Shown here in pieces: positions 1-11,084 of a DNA stretch of 64,000 nucleotides. The position numbers and the translations under genes are program-made. Source of the stretch: a bacterium. Its GTDB lineage: Bacteria > Krumholzibacteriota > Krumholzibacteriia > LZORAL124-64-63. Where the stretch lies: assembly GCA_031441465.1 (NCBI GenBank), contig JANOEP010000024.1:12546-76545 (forward strand), written 5' to 3'. Under the pieces are notes generated by a model. That model saw nothing but the letters and a program-made list of their open reading frames with translations. It did not search any database and was not told where the DNA came from. Within the stretch, counting starts at the first letter, position 1. Each line of letters begins with the position of its first letter.

Positions 1-240
1 GCTCACGGCCGAGAGTTCCTCGACCACCAGCCCGTAGGTCGTGGTGTCGACGCCCAGCCCGCCGAGGCCCTCGGGGAAGGTCAGTCCGAAGAAGCCGCCC
101 TCGCGCAGCTTCTGGATCAGCGTCTCGGGCATGTCCGCGTCGCGGTCCATCTGCGCGGCCAGGGGCGCGATCTCACGCGCCGCGAAGTCGCGGACCATGT
201 CGCGGAACATCGTCTGCTGCTCGTTGAACGAAAAATCCAT
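1..240 (-). CDS. Acyl-CoA dehydrogenase, N-terminal part (truncated by window edge)
   Basis: ATG at 240-238 reads MDFSFNEQQTMFRDMVRDFAAREIAPLAAQMDRDADMPETLIQKLREGGFFGL..., a typical ACAD N-terminus paralogous to the adjacent ACADs. Starts 4 nt after the stop of the 245..1384 gene. Confidence 0.9.
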   Translation of the reverse strand, partial: MDFSFNEQQTMFRDMVRDFAAREIAPLAAQMDRDADMPETLIQKLREGGFFGLTFPEGLGGLGVDTTTYGLVVEELSAVS

Positions 241-244
241 CCCG

Positions 245-1384
245 CTACCTCAACCGGTGTCCGGCGATGACCATGCGCTGCGCCTCGCTGGTGCCTTCGT
301 AGATCGACGTGATCCGGGCGTCGCGGAAGTGGCGCTCGACCGGGTATTCCTTGCTGTAGCCGTTGCCGCCGAAGATCTGCACCGCCTCCTCGGCGATGTA
401 GCTGGCGGACTCCGAGGCGAAGAGCTTCGCCATGGCCGCCTGCTCGCCGTAGGGCTCGCCCGCGTCCTTGAGCGCCGCGGCGCGCAGGGTCAGCAGGCGG
501 GACGCCTCGTAACGGGTGGCCATGTCGGCGATCTTCCACTGGATGGCCTGGAACCTCGCGATGGGTTGGCCGAACTGCTCGCGGGTCTTGGCGTAGGAGA
601 CGGCCGCCTCGAGGGCGGCCTTGGCGATCCCCAGCGCCTGCGAGGCGATGCCGATGCGGCCGCCGTCCAGCGTCGACATGGCGACCCGGAAGCCGGCGCC
701 GTCGGCGCCGAGCTGCTGGTCGGCCGGGACGCGCACGCCGTCGAAGGCGAGCTGCGCGGTGTCCGAGGCCCGGATGCCCAGCTTCTTCTCCTTGCTGATC
801 ACGGCGAACCCCTCGCTCTTCGTCTCGACGATGAAGGCGAAGATGCCCTTGTGCTTCAGCGCGGGGTCGGTCTGCGCGAAGACGATCAGGACGTCGGCGT
901 GCGCGCCGTTGGTGATGAAGTTCTTCATGCCGTTCAACACCCAGTGGTCGCCGTCGCGGCGGGCCGTCGTCTGCTGGTTGGCGGCGTCGGTCCCGGCGTT
1001 GGGCTCGCTCAGGCAGTAGGCGCCCAGCAGCTCGCCCCGCGCCAGCGGGACCAGGAACTTCAGCTTCTGCGCCTCGGTGCCGTAGGTCTCCAGCGGCCAG
1101 CAGACCAGGGAATTGTTCACCGACATGATCACGCCGGTCGAGGCGCAGGCGGCGGAAATCTCCTCCATCGCCAGCACGTAGCTCACCATGTCGAAGCCGG
1201 CCCCGCCGTACTGTTCGGGCACGTTCATGCCGAGGAAGCCCAGCTCGCCCAGCTTCTTCACCTGCGCGGCGGGGAACTCCTCGTCACGGTCCCACCGCGC
1301 GGCGTGGGGCGCCAGCTCCTTCTGGGCGAAGTCGCGGGCCGCCTGCCGGATCATGCGCTGCTGCTCGGTCAGTGCGAAGTTCAC
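245..1384 (-). CDS. Acyl-CoA dehydrogenase (butyryl/short branched-chain type)
   Basis: 379 aa; LSEPNAGTD, GMKNFITNG, KLGIRASDT, GGRIGIA, REQFG, IYEGTSE (catalytic Glu) motifs. Confidence 0.95.
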   Translation of the reverse strand: MNFALTEQQRMIRQAARDFAQKELAPHAARWDRDEEFPAAQVKKLGELGFLGMNVPEQYGGAGFDMVSYVLAMEEISAACASTGVIMSVNNSLVCWPLETYGTEAQKLKFLVPLARGELLGAYCLSEPNAGTDAANQQTTARRDGDHWVLNGMKNFITNGAHADVLIVFAQTDPALKHKGIFAFIVETKSEGFAVISKEKKLGIRASDTAQLAFDGVRVPADQQLGADGAGFRVAMSTLDGGRIGIASQALGIAKAALEAAVSYAKTREQFGQPIARFQAIQWKIADMATRYEASRLLTLRAAALKDAGEPYGEQAAMAKLFASESASYIAEEAVQIFGGNGYSKEYPVERHFRDARITSIYEGTSEAQRMVIAGHRLR

Positions 1385-1394
1385 GTCGCCTCCC

Positions 1395-2240
1395 CTAGGC
1401 CTGGTATTCGTAGAAGCCGCGGCCGGTCTTGCGGCCGAGGCGGCCGGCGGCGACCATGCGCACCAGCAGCGGGCTGGGACGGTACTTGCCGTCCTTGAAT
1501 CCGTCGTGCAGCACGTTCATGATGTCCAGGCAGACGTCCAGACCGATAAAGTCGGCCAGCTGCAGCGGCCCCATCGGGTGGGCCATGCCCAGCTTCATGA
1601 CCGTGTCGATGGCCTCGCGGTCGGCGACGCCCTCCATCAGGCACTGCACCGCCTCGTTGATCATGGGCATCAGCACGCGGTTGCTGATGAAGCCGGGGTA
1701 GTCCTGCACCGCGACCGGCGTCTTGTCCAGGTCCGTGCTGACCGCCATGATCCGCGCGAGGACCGCCGGGTCGGTCGCCTGGCCGCTGATGACCTCGACG
1801 AGCTTCATGACCGGCACGGGGTTCATGAAGTGCATGCCGATCACGCGCGACGGCCGGCCCGTGCAGGCGGCGAGCTTCGTGATGCTGATGCTGGAGGTGT
1901 TCGAGGCCAGGATCGCCTCGGGGCCCAGGACCTGGTCCAGCTTCTGGAAGATCGCCCGCTTGACCTCGAAGCTCTCGAAGACGGCCTCGATCGCCAGGTC
2001 GGCGCCGGCGGCAGCGTCAAGGTCGGTCGCCGCGGCGATGCGCTTCAGGGTCGCGTCCTTGTCGGCTTCCGGGAGCGTCCCCTTCTTGACTTGCCGGTCG
2101 AGGTTCTTGGCGATGGTGCCGAGGGCCCGGTCCAGGGCGCCGCGGTCGAGGTCGATCAGGGTGACGTCGTGGCCATGCTGGGCGAAGACGTGCACGATCC
2201 CGTTGCCCATCGTCCCGCCGCCGATCACCGCTACCTTCAT
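1395..2240 (-). CDS. hbd: 3-hydroxybutyryl-CoA dehydrogenase
   Basis: GGGTMGNGI Rossmann motif, LASNTSSISIT, GMHFMNP, PGFISNR, HPMGP, GRKTGRGFY. Confidence 0.95.
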   Translation of the reverse strand: MKVAVIGGGTMGNGIVHVFAQHGHDVTLIDLDRGALDRALGTIAKNLDRQVKKGTLPEADKDATLKRIAAATDLDAAAGADLAIEAVFESFEVKRAIFQKLDQVLGPEAILASNTSSISITKLAACTGRPSRVIGMHFMNPVPVMKLVEVISGQATDPAVLARIMAVSTDLDKTPVAVQDYPGFISNRVLMPMINEAVQCLMEGVADREAIDTVMKLGMAHPMGPLQLADFIGLDVCLDIMNVLHDGFKDGKYRPSPLLVRMVAAGRLGRKTGRGFYEYQA

Positions 2241-2276
2241 GTCATGCCTCCGTCCGAAGTTGCCTCACGTGGATGA

Positions 2277-3464
2277 TCAGGGTCTGGCGATCGACATCGC
2301 CACGGCGTCGCCGCCGCCCAGGCACAGGGCCACCATGCCGCTCGCGGCGCCGCGGTCGCGCATGGCGTGCAGCAGCGTCACCAGGCAGCGCGCCCCCGAG
2401 GCGCCGATGGGGTGGCCCAGGGCCACCGCCCCCCCGTGGACGTTGACCAGCGCGGGGTCGAGGCCCAACTGCTCGGTCACGGCTACCGCCTGCGCGGCGA
2501 AGGCCTCGTTCAGTTCGAACAGTCCGTAGTCCGCGACTGGGCGCCCGGCCTTGCGGGCCACGTGCCGGACCGCGCCGACCGGGGCCATCATGACCCACTC
2601 GGGATCGACCGCCCCAGTGCCGTAGGCCTCGACGACCGCCAGCACCGGCAGCCCCTTCTCCTTGGCGAACGACTCGCTGCAGACCAGCACGACCGCCGCG
2701 CCGTCGTTGATGGTCGAGGCGTTGCCGGCGGTGACCGTGCCGCCGTCGCGCTTGAAGGCCGGCTTGAGCTTGGACAGGGAGGCGGCCGTCGTGTCGGCGC
2801 GCGGACCTTCGTCCGTGTCGACGAGCACGGGGTCGCCCTTGCGCTGGGGCACGGGCACCGGCACGATCTCCGCCGCGAACTTGCCCGCGGCCATGGCCGC
2901 CGCGGCGCGGCGGTGCGACTCGGCGGCGTAGGCGTCCTGCCGCTCGCGCGTCACCGCGTACTTGTCGACCACCAGTTCGGCGGTCATGCCCATGTGGTAG
3001 TCGTGGTAGACGTCCCAAAGGCCGTCGTGGACGAGCAGGTCGGTGAGCTGCTGGTGCCCCAGGCGCAGACCGTCGCGGGCCCCGAACAGCGCGAACGGGA
3101 TCTGCGACATGTTCTCCATGCCGCCGGCGACCGCACAGCGGAGGTCGCCGGCCTTGATCGCCTGGGCGGCCGACATCACGGCCCGCAGGCCCGAACCGCA
3201 GACCTTGTTCAGGGTCATGGCGCTGACCGAGGTGGGGATCCCGCCCCAGATCGCGGCCTGCCGGGCCGGGTTCTGGCCCAGTCCCGCCTGGACCACGCAG
3301 CCCATGATCACTTCCTCCACCTCGGCCGGGTTCAGGCCGGTGCGCTCAAGCAACCCCTGGATGGCCGCCGCGCCGAGACGGCTCGCCTTGACCGAGGCCA
3401 GACCGCCCTGGAAGCGCCCGATCGGGGTGCGGACAGCCCCGCAGATGACGATGCGCTCACTCAT
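2277..3464 (-). CDS. Acetyl-CoA C-acetyltransferase (thiolase)
   Basis: NKVCGSG (catalytic Cys), [18 protein letters not shown] motifs. Start trimmed to the ATG of MSERIVIC. Confidence 0.95.
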   Translation of the reverse strand: MSERIVICGAVRTPIGRFQGGLASVKASRLGAAAIQGLLERTGLNPAEVEEVIMGCVVQAGLGQNPARQAAIWGGIPTSVSAMTLNKVCGSGLRAVMSAAQAIKAGDLRCAVAGGMENMSQIPFALFGARDGLRLGHQQLTDLLVHDGLWDVYHDYHMGMTAELVVDKYAVTRERQDAYAAESHRRAAAAMAAGKFAAEIVPVPVPQRKGDPVLVDTDEGPRADTTAASLSKLKPAFKRDGGTVTAGNASTINDGAAVVLVCSESFAKEKGLPVLAVVEAYGTGAVDPEWVMMAPVGAVRHVARKAGRPVADYGLFELNEAFAAQAVAVTEQLGLDPALVNVHGGAVALGHPIGASGARCLVTLLHAMRDRGAASGMVALCLGGGDAVAMSIARP

Positions 3465-3503
3465 GATGCCCTCGACTTTCACTTGAACCATTTCAGGCAA
3501 ACT

Positions 3504-4643
3504 CTATTCTTCCAAAAGATTACGAGCGATGACGATTCGCTGGATTTCGCTGGTGCCCTCGCCGATCGTGCACAGCTTGGCGTCGCGGTACATGCGCTCG
3601 ACGGGATACTCCCGGCAGAAGCCGTAGCCCCCCAGCAGCTGGATCGCGCCGGAGGTGACCTCCATGGCGATCTCGCTGGCGTAGAGCTTGCCCTTGGCCG
3701 CCATGTCGGCGTAGGGCTCGCCGGCGTCCTTGCGGCGGCAGGCTTCGTAAATCAGCAGGCGCGCCGCGTCGATCTTGAGGCTCATGTCCGCGAGCTGGAA
3801 CTGGACGGCCTGCTGCGCGGAGATGGGCTGGCCGAACTGGATGCGCCCCTTCGCGTAGTCGCGCGCGGTCTCGAAGGCGCCGACCGCCAGGCCCAGGGCC
3901 AGCGCGCCGATGGAGATGCGGCCGCCGTCGAGCGTCGCCAGGAACTGCTTGAAGCCGTCGCCCTGCTGGCCGAGCAGGGCGTCCGCGGGCACACGCACGT
4001 CCTCGAGGGTCAGCGGCGCGGTGTCGGAGGCCCGCATGCCGAGCTTGTCCTCCTTCTTCTCGACCGTGAAGCCCGGGGTTCCGGTCGGGACGATGAAGGC
4101 GCTGATGCCCCTGCTGCCGGTGGCGGTCGGGTCGGTCTTGGCGGTGACGATGACCGCGCCGGCGTGGTGGGCGTTGGTGATCCACTGCTTGCGGCCGTTC
4201 AGCACCCAATCGCCGCCGTCGCGCACGGCCGTGGACGCGGTGCCGCCGGCATCGCTGCCCGCGCCGGGCTCGGTCAGCCCGAAACTCAGCAGGTAGTCGC
4301 CGCGGCAGGCGCCGGGCAACCAGCGCTGCTTCTGCTCGGGTGTGCCGAAGGCGTGGATCGGCCAGCAACCCAGGCTGTTGTGGGCGGCGACGGTCAGACC
4401 GTGGCTGCCGCAGACCCGGCTGAGTTCCTCCACGACCAGGGCGTAGCTGGTCGTGTCCACCTGGAAGCCGCCCTCGGCCTCGGGCACCTTCAGGCCCAGC
4501 AGGCCCAGCGCGCCGAGTTCCTTGATCGTGGCCTCGGGGAACTCGCCGGTCTCGTCGATGCGCGCGGCGATGGGCGCGATGCGCGACTTGGCGAAGTCGC
4601 GGGTCATCTCGCGGATCATCTTCTGGTTTTCGGAGAGGAGCAT
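3504..4643 (-). CDS. Acyl-CoA dehydrogenase
   Basis: [13 protein letters not shown] start preceded by [39 protein letters not shown] motifs. Confidence 0.95.
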   Translation of the reverse strand: MLLSENQKMIREMTRDFAKSRIAPIAARIDETGEFPEATIKELGALGLLGLKVPEAEGGFQVDTTSYALVVEELSRVCGSHGLTVAAHNSLGCWPIHAFGTPEQKQRWLPGACRGDYLLSFGLTEPGAGSDAGGTASTAVRDGGDWVLNGRKQWITNAHHAGAVIVTAKTDPTATGSRGISAFIVPTGTPGFTVEKKEDKLGMRASDTAPLTLEDVRVPADALLGQQGDGFKQFLATLDGGRISIGALALGLAVGAFETARDYAKGRIQFGQPISAQQAVQFQLADMSLKIDAARLLIYEACRRKDAGEPYADMAAKGKLYASEIAMEVTSGAIQLLGGYGFCREYPVERMYRDAKLCTIGEGTSEIQRIVIARNLLEE

Positions 4644-4898
4644 CGTGCCTCCGCGCGGGCGCCGAGGGGGCCCGCGGCTTCGGTTCGGGGGTGTCGCCGG
4701 AGGTGGGGCCGCCGCCCCCCGGCCGATGCGGGCTGGCGTGATCGCGTCAGGGACCGCTCGACGCCGGAGGCACAGGATACGAAACGGGGTCGGCCGGGGA
4801 AAGCGAAATCGCTGCACAGTTTCAAGAATGGCAGACAGATACGCCCAAGGGCGGGCCCCACCGGGGACCCGCCCTCACGGAGCGCGCGCCGTGGTGCG

Positions 4899-5561
4899 CT
4901 ACCGGTAGTCGACCTTGATCTCACCCCAGCTGCGGTCCACCGCGGGGACGAGACCCTCGCAGGCGTTCCATTCGCCCGGCGTCGGGGGGCAGCCGGTGCC
5001 GGTCGGCACCAGCGCCCCGCCGTAGGGCGACAGCGCGTCGCACAGGACCCACTCGTTCTCGGGCAGCATCCGGGCGAGCGAGCGGTCGTCGACCCCGGCG
5101 TGGGCCGGGTAGATCAGCGCGTCGACCAGCGTCGCGCCGGGCAGCACCGGATCGCCCTGGAAAAGTTCGAGCTGGTCGCCCCCATTGTTCAGGCTCAGGC
5201 CCGTGACGGTGACGCCGTTGGCCTGCTGCCAGGCCACGGCCGCCCCGCCCGTGAAGAGGGCGGTCTCGCCGGCGGCCAGCTCGCCCGTCAGGCGCAGTTG
5301 CGCCTCCTCCCCCAGCGCGTCGCGCAGCCAGTAGTTCGCGAGATCCACGGCCGCAGGGCCGGTGTTGACGATCTCGACCCACTCGTCGTCACGGCTGCTG
5401 AGCGCGCCGTCGCCGTTCCAGTCGCTGGCGGGGTCGGCCAGCACCTCCGACAGCAGGACCGCGCCGTCGGCGCCGCCCACCCAGGCGCCACCGAGCAGCC
5501 ACAGCAGCACCACGTTCACCGCCAGCCACGCGCGTCCGTGTTCCGTCTCCCAAGGCCACAT
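4899..5561 (-). CDS. Secreted lamin-tail-domain (LTD) protein with C-terminal SWGEIKVDYR motif
   Basis: AAGGAG RBS before ATG 5561; hydrophobic signal-like stretch; LTD hallmarks LSEVLADP, DEWVEIVN..AVDLANY, LNNGGD, PTPG; DWNGDG Ca-loop-like motif. Confidence 0.8.
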   Translation of the reverse strand: MWPWETEHGRAWLAVNVVLLWLLGGAWVGGADGAVLLSEVLADPASDWNGDGALSSRDDEWVEIVNTGPAAVDLANYWLRDALGEEAQLRLTGELAAGETALFTGGAAVAWQQANGVTVTGLSLNNGGDQLELFQGDPVLPGATLVDALIYPAHAGVDDRSLARMLPENEWVLCDALSPYGGALVPTGTGCPPTPGEWNACEGLVPAVDRSWGEIKVDYR

Positions 5562-5817
5562 ATGTTCTCCTTCCGATCGGGTGTGGGGGAAAGACACCCG
5601 CCCAGCCAGGACGATGCCGCGCCGACGCCGCCGACCGCCGGGAGGCGCGTTCGCGGCGCCACGGGGCCCGGGGATCGCGGCCACGCCCCCGCCGCCTCGC
5701 GTCGGGGTGTCCCGCGGCGGGGACATCCGGGCCCCGTGGCGTCCCCGACCGGTTTCTTCCGCCTTGGCGGCGCGGCGGCGTCCGGCTACGCTCGCCGCCA
5801 AGCTGAAAGGGGAATCC

Positions 5818-6798
5818 ATGATCGTCCGTCTGGGAGTGATCGGCGCCGGCACGCACGGCGCCCGCTACCTGCGCCACGCCGCCCGCGACGTGCCGGGCCT
5901 GCGCCCGGTCGCGCTGTGCCGCCGCGACGAAGCCGCCGGAGTGGCCCTGGCCGCCGAACTGGGTTGCCGCTACGAGCGCGATCCCGCGGCGTTGATCGCC
6001 GCGGCCGACGTCGACGCGGTGCTGGTCTGCACGCCGCCCTCGAGCCACTTCGCGCTGGCGGCCGCGGTCCGCGGGGCAGGCAAGGCCCTGCTGCTGGAAA
6101 AACCCATGACCGGCACGCTCGCCGAGGCCCGCCGCCTGGTGGAGCTCGACGATCTCGCCGCCGGCCCCCGGCTGATCGTCGCGCAGACCCTGCGCTGGAA
6201 CCCGGTGATCCGACGGGCCCGCGAACTCTGGCCGCGGCTCGGCGAGGTCCGTCATGTGCGCCTCGCCCAGCGGTTGGAGCCGACGGACCTGGACTGGCAA
6301 CGCGACCCGGCGGTGACGGTCGGCGGTTCGGTGCTGCTGACCGGCGTCCACCTGTTCGACACGGTGCGCTACGTGACGGGGCGGGAATTCACGGAGATCG
6401 ACGCGCGTCAGGAAAGATTCCGCAACCCGGCGGTGGAGGACTTCTACCTGGCGCGGGCCCGTCTGGACGACGGGACCTACGTCTCGCTGGAGGTGAGCAA
6501 GTTCGGCCACGCGCGCGCCTGCCTGCTCGAGGCCGTGGGCACCGAGGGCCAGTTGCTCGCCGACTACCAGTTCGGGGGGATCCGCCTGATCCGGGGTCGC
6601 GAGGTGGAGCAGATCGCCGTCGACGCCGGGACGCCCACCTTGCCGGCGGTCCTGGAACAACTGAGGGACACGGCGCGCGGGGACGCCGTGTCCCCCGTCC
6701 CGGCCAGCGATGGGTTGCGGACCATGGAACTCGTCGAGGCGTCCTACCGCTCCCACGAACGCCGGTGCGCGGTCGCGATCAAGGACCTCGGACGCTAG
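5818..6798 (+). CDS. Gfo/Idh/MocA family oxidoreductase
   Basis: GVIGAGTHG, VDAVLVCTP..H, LEKP, GG.VLLTGVHLFD motifs. Confidence 0.9.
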   Translation: MIVRLGVIGAGTHGARYLRHAARDVPGLRPVALCRRDEAAGVALAAELGCRYERDPAALIAAADVDAVLVCTPPSSHFALAAAVRGAGKALLLEKPMTGTLAEARRLVELDDLAAGPRLIVAQTLRWNPVIRRARELWPRLGEVRHVRLAQRLEPTDLDWQRDPAVTVGGSVLLTGVHLFDTVRYVTGREFTEIDARQERFRNPAVEDFYLARARLDDGTYVSLEVSKFGHARACLLEAVGTEGQLLADYQFGGIRLIRGREVEQIAVDAGTPTLPAVLEQLRDTARGDAVSPVPASDGLRTMELVEASYRSHERRCAVAIKDLGR

Positions 6799-6804
6799 CG
6801 CCGA

Positions 6805-7386
6805 TCAGTCCAGAAAATCCGCCGGGATCCCCCAGGCGCCGCTGAAGACCGTTTCGCACAGGGGCCGCCGCGTCCGGGCCGCGCCCCCCCCTTCGGGCTC
6901 GGCGGCCGGATAACCGATCGCCGCTGCGGTCACCACCTGGAAGTGTTCGGGCACGCCCGCGAGTTCGGCGACCAGCTCGGGCAGGATGCCGCCCATCTGG
7001 TGCACCGCCAAGCCACGCGCGGTGGCTTCCAGGCTCATCAACGCCATCGCCTGGCCCAGGTCGTACAGGGCTTTGCCGTTGGGTTGGCCGTTGCGCGAGA
7101 ACATCGACGCGGCGACGGCGAACACCAGCGCGGACGCGTCCCGCGCCCAGGCGCGGTTGGCTTCGACCAGCCCCGACAGCGCACGCTCGAAGAGGCCGGT
7201 CTGCTCCCGGCGCACGACGAGGAAGCGCCAGGGTTGTTCGTTGTAGCTGGACGGGGCCCAGCGGGCGGCCTCGAACAGGGAACACAGATCCGCGTTGCCG
7301 ACGGTGCGAGGCTGGTACGCGTAAGGGCTCCAGCGGTCGGCGATGGCGTCAAGTACGGGATGAGTAATGGGAGCCCGCATCGGCAT
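6805..7386 (-). CDS. Nitroreductase family protein
   Basis: RWSPYAY, AARWAPSSYNEQPWRF, YDLG, HQMGG motifs. Confidence 0.92.
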   Translation of the reverse strand: MPMRAPITHPVLDAIADRWSPYAYQPRTVGNADLCSLFEAARWAPSSYNEQPWRFLVVRREQTGLFERALSGLVEANRAWARDASALVFAVAASMFSRNGQPNGKALYDLGQAMALMSLEATARGLAVHQMGGILPELVAELAGVPEHFQVVTAAAIGYPAAEPEGGGAARTRRPLCETVFSGAWGIPADFLD

Positions 7387-7387
7387 G

Positions 7388-7834
7388 TCAGTCCCTCCTG
7401 CTCGTGATGGCTCTTTGCAGCAGGTCGTCGAGCGACTCGATTTCCTTCAACGACAGCCCCCGCAGCGATTCTTCGTGCAGGGCGAGGGTCGGCGCGTCCA
7501 GCCGCACGAGCAGCGCCAGGCCGGCGGCCTCGATCCGCACGTGCACCACGCGTCGGTCCTCGCGGCACCGTTCGCGGCGCACCAGGCCGGCCGCCTCCAG
7601 GCGATCGACGAGTCGGGTGACGTCCGGCACGCGGGTGATCATGGCGGCGGCGACGCCCGTGCCGGTCAGGCCGGCCGGTCCGGCGCCGCGCAGGATACGC
7701 AGCACGTTGTACTGCGGCGCGGTGACGCCGTGCTTCTTCAGCAGGGCGGTCACGTCCGCCAGCAGGGCTTCGTGCAGCCACAGCAGGTCCAGCAGGACGG
7801 TACGGCTGAGCAGGGCGCGGTTCGCAGCGGGCAC
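7388..7834 (-). CDS. MarR family transcriptional regulator
   Basis: AAAGGAGG RBS before GTG 7834; QYNVLRILRGA, DVTRLVDRLE, DRR winged-helix motifs. Confidence 0.9.
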   Translation of the reverse strand: MPAANRALLSRTVLLDLLWLHEALLADVTALLKKHGVTAPQYNVLRILRGAGPAGLTGTGVAAAMITRVPDVTRLVDRLEAAGLVRRERCREDRRVVHVRIEAAGLALLVRLDAPTLALHEESLRGLSLKEIESLDDLLQRAITSRRD

Positions 7835-7899
7835 CAGGTACCTCCTTTGTCGGTGGAGCCTCGGCCACCAAACGTGAGTCCCAACGTAAGTTCGGCGAT

Positions 7900-7917
7900 T
7901 GTCTGTTGCAACGGATA
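7900..7917. promoter_or_regulatory. Candidate MarR operator (imperfect palindrome TGTCTGTTGCAACGGATA)
   Basis: Inverted repeat centred on GTTGCAAC, about 65-85 nt upstream of the marR start in an AT-richer intergenic region. Confidence 0.5.
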
Positions 7918-7935
7918 TCTGGGGCGGGCGGGTGT

Positions 7936-8937
7936 TCAGGCGCCGCGGGCGTCGAGCAGCAGGCGGGCGGCCAGTCCGGGCGGGATCTCGCCGGCGCGCA
8001 CCCGGCGCTCGAGGTCGGGCAGCAGGCGGCGCACGGCCGGATCGTGGCGCAGGCCTTCGCGCAGACGGTCCTCGACCAGGGACCACATCCAGCGCAGCTG
8101 CTGGTGCTGGCGGCGGTCGGCGAGGGCGCCGTTGGCGGACATCGTCGTGCGGTGGTGGACCAGCTCGCGCCACAGGTCGTCGAGACCCTCGCCCGTCGCC
8201 GCGCTCACGCAGTGCACGGGCACCGTCCAGTCGGCGTGCGGCGGGCGCATGTAGTGCAGCGCGGTGCGGATCTCGGCCGCGGCCAGCGCGGCGGCGGCGC
8301 GGTTGTCGCCGTCGGCCTTGTTGACCGCGACCACGTCGGCCAGCTCCATGACGCCGCGCTTGATGCCCTGCAGCTCGTCGCCGGCGCCGGCCAGCGTGAT
8401 CAGCAGGAAGACGTCGACCATCTCCGCGACGACGGTCTCGCTCTGCCCCACGCCCACCGTCTCGACCAGCACCACGTCGTGGCCGGCGGCTTCGCACAGC
8501 AGCATGGTCTCGCGGGTCTTGCGGCCGACGCCGCCGAGGGTGCGGGCGCTGGGGCTGGGCCGGATGAAGGCGGCGGGGTCGGCGGCCAGGCGCCCCATGC
8601 GGGTCTTGTCGCCCAGGATGCTGCCGCCGGTCAGGCTGCTGCTGGGATCGATGGCCAGCACCGCGACGCGATGCCCACGCCCGGTCAGCCGCGTGCCCAG
8701 CACGTCGATGAGGCTGCTCTTGCCGGCGCCCGGCACGCCGGTCACGCCGACGCGGTGCGCGGCGCCGGTGCGCGGCAGCAGGCGCGCGAGCAGTTCCTGG
8801 GCGAGGCGCTGGTGGTCCTCGCGGCCGCTCTCCACCAAGGTGATGGCGCGGCCCAGCACGGCGCGGTCGCCGGCGACGACACCGGACTCGAAAGCGTCCA
8901 GGTCCAGCCCGCCGGCCCGGTGCCCGCCCGCCGTCAC
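7936..8937 (-). CDS. meaB: Methylmalonyl-CoA mutase-associated GTPase MeaB
   Basis: [46 protein letters not shown]; overlaps the mutase stop. Confidence 0.96.
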   Translation of the reverse strand: MTAGGHRAGGLDLDAFESGVVAGDRAVLGRAITLVESGREDHQRLAQELLARLLPRTGAAHRVGVTGVPGAGKSSLIDVLGTRLTGRGHRVAVLAIDPSSSLTGGSILGDKTRMGRLAADPAAFIRPSPSARTLGGVGRKTRETMLLCEAAGHDVVLVETVGVGQSETVVAEMVDVFLLITLAGAGDELQGIKRGVMELADVVAVNKADGDNRAAAALAAAEIRTALHYMRPPHADWTVPVHCVSAATGEGLDDLWRELVHHRTTMSANGALADRRQHQQLRWMWSLVEDRLREGLRHDPAVRRLLPDLERRVRAGEIPPGLAARLLLDARGA

Positions 8938-11084
8938 GAGCCCGCGCCCAGGAGGCGGTCGAGCAGAGCTTCCGCGGCCGTGGCGATGACCGTGCCGGGC
9001 GGGAAAATCGCCGCGGCGCCCGCTTCGCGCAGCGCCGGGTAATCGTCGGGCGGGATGACCCCGCCGGCCACGATCAGGATGTCCGGCCGGCCGAGCTTGA
9101 CCAGCTCGTCGCGCAGCGCGGGCACCAGCGTGAGGTGCCCGGCGGCCAGCGAACTCACGCCGACGATGTGCACGTCGTTCTCGACGGCCTGCCGGGCCGT
9201 CTCCTGCGGCGTCTGGAACAGCGGTCCCACGTCGACGTCGAAGCCGAGGTCGGCGAACGCGGTCGCGATCACTTTCTGACCGCGGTCGTGGCCGTCCTGG
9301 CCCATCTTGGCCACCAGGATGCGCGGACGGCGGCCCTCGCGCTCGGCGAAGTCCTCGACCCGGCGCCGCACCCGCCGCAGATCTTCGTCGCGTTCGCCCA
9401 TCTCGCCGCCGTACACCCCGCTGATGATGTTGCCGGTCGCCTGGTGGCGGCCGAAGACCTGTTCCAAAGCCAGGCTGATCTCCCCCACCGTGGCGCAGGC
9501 GCGCGCCGCGGCCACCGACAGGTCGAGCAGGTTGCCCCGTCCCGACCCCGCGCAGGCGGTCAGGTCCGCGAGAGCGCGGTCGACGGCCGCCTGGTCACGG
9601 CCGGCCCGCAGTTCGCGCAGCCGCGCGATCTGGGACGCGCGGACCTGCGAGTTGTCGACCTTCAGGACCTCGATCCGCTCCGGCTCCTCCGGCACGTGGC
9701 GGTTGACGCCCACGACGGTCTGACGGCCCGTGTCGATGCGCGCCTGGGTGCGGGCGGCCGCCTCCTCGATGCGCTGCTTCGGGATGCCCCGTTCGATGGC
9801 GCGGGCCATGCCGCCCAGCTCCTCCACCTCGGCGAGGCGCTGCTTGGCCCGGTCGGCCAGCTCCCGGGTCAGCCGCTCGACGTACCAGCTGCCGCCCCAG
9901 GGGTCCACCGTGCGGCAGGTGTCGGTTTCCTGCTGCAGGTAGAGCTGCGTGTTGCGCGCGATGCGGGCCGAGAAATCCGTCGGCAGCGCCAGGGCCTCGT
10001 CCAGCGAGTTGGTGTGCAGCGACTGGGTGTGGCCGTGGACCGCCGCCATCGCCTCCACGCAGGTGCGCGCCACGTTGTTGTGGACGTCCTGCGCCGTCAA
10101 GCTCCAGCCCGAGGTCTGGCTGTGCGTGCGCAGGCTCAGCGACTTCGGGTTGCGCGGTCCGAACGGCTGCACCAGCTGCGCCCAGAGCAGGCGCGCGGCC
10201 CGCAGCTTGGCCACCTCCATGAAGTAGTTCATCCCGACGGCCCAGAAGAATGACAGGCGCGGGGCGAAGTCGTCAACCGCGAGTCCGGCCCCGAGCCCGG
10301 TCCGGATGTACTCGACCCCGTCGGCCAGGGTGTAGGCCAGTTCGAGGTCGGCGGTCGCGCCCGCCTCCTGCATGTGGTAGCCGGAGATCGAGATCGAGTT
10401 GAAGCGCGGCATCCGCCGCGCCGTGTAGGCGAAGATGTCGCCGACGATGCGCAGGCTCGGCGCCGGCGGGTAGATGTAGGTGTTGCGGACCATGAACTCC
10501 TTGAGGATGTCGTTCTGGATGGTCCCGGCCAGCTTCTCGGGCGGCACGCCCTGCTCCTCGGCCGCCACGATGTACAGGGCGAGGATCGGCAGCACGGCGC
10601 CGTTCATGGTCATCGACACCGACATCCGGTCCAGCGGGATGCCGTCGAACAGGACGCGCATGTCGGCGATGGAGTCGATGGCCACCCCGGCCATGCCCAC
10701 GTCGCCCACGACGCGCGGGTGGTCGGAGTCGTAGCCGCGGTGGGTCGCGAGGTCGAAGGCGATGGACAGGCCCTTCTGCCCGGCGGCGAGGTTGCGGCGG
10801 TAGAAGGCGTTGCTCGCCTCGGCGGTGGAGAAGCCCGCGTACTGGCGCACGGTCCACGGCTGCAGCACGTACATCGTGGGGTAGGGGCCACGCACGAAAG
10901 GCGGCAAACCGGGCAGGGAGTCGAGGTGGTCGAGGCCCACGACGTCGTCGGGGCCGTAGCAGCGCCGCACCGCGATGCCCTCGGGCGTCGGCCAGTCCTC
11001 GCCCGCCGCCGGCGGGGCCGCGTCCGCAGCCGCGATCGCACCGGCTTGCAGGGGGACCCGCGTGAAATCGGGGAAATGCGTCAT
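8934..11084 (-). CDS. scpA: Methylmalonyl-CoA mutase, catalytic B12-binding subunit (MutB/ScpA)
   Basis: [14 protein letters not shown] (Tyr determinant of methylmalonyl-CoA mutases), [16 protein letters not shown] (DxHxxG B12 motif). Confidence 0.97.
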   Translation of the reverse strand: MTHFPDFTRVPLQAGAIAAADAAPPAAGEDWPTPEGIAVRRCYGPDDVVGLDHLDSLPGLPPFVRGPYPTMYVLQPWTVRQYAGFSTAEASNAFYRRNLAAGQKGLSIAFDLATHRGYDSDHPRVVGDVGMAGVAIDSIADMRVLFDGIPLDRMSVSMTMNGAVLPILALYIVAAEEQGVPPEKLAGTIQNDILKEFMVRNTYIYPPAPSLRIVGDIFAYTARRMPRFNSISISGYHMQEAGATADLELAYTLADGVEYIRTGLGAGLAVDDFAPRLSFFWAVGMNYFMEVAKLRAARLLWAQLVQPFGPRNPKSLSLRTHSQTSGWSLTAQDVHNNVARTCVEAMAAVHGHTQSLHTNSLDEALALPTDFSARIARNTQLYLQQETDTCRTVDPWGGSWYVERLTRELADRAKQRLAEVEELGGMARAIERGIPKQRIEEAAARTQARIDTGRQTVVGVNRHVPEEPERIEVLKVDNSQVRASQIARLRELRAGRDQAAVDRALADLTACAGSGRGNLLDLSVAAARACATVGEISLALEQVFGRHQATGNIISGVYGGEMGERDEDLRRVRRRVEDFAEREGRRPRILVAKMGQDGHDRGQKVIATAFADLGFDVDVGPLFQTPQETARQAVENDVHIVGVSSLAAGHLTLVPALRDELVKLGRPDILIVAGGVIPPDDYPALREAGAAAIFPPGTVIATAAEALLDRLLGAGS

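Noticed and set aside
3470..3550. AT-rich patch at the ACAD/thiolase junction as an internal promoter
   Set aside because: Compositionally suggestive, but I could not find a convincing -35/-10 pair.
6805..7386. Nitroreductase as BluB (B12 lower-ligand synthesis), given the adjacent mutase
   Set aside because: The motifs fit a generic RWSP/APSSYNEQPW nitroreductase under MarR control. I saw no BluB-specific evidence.
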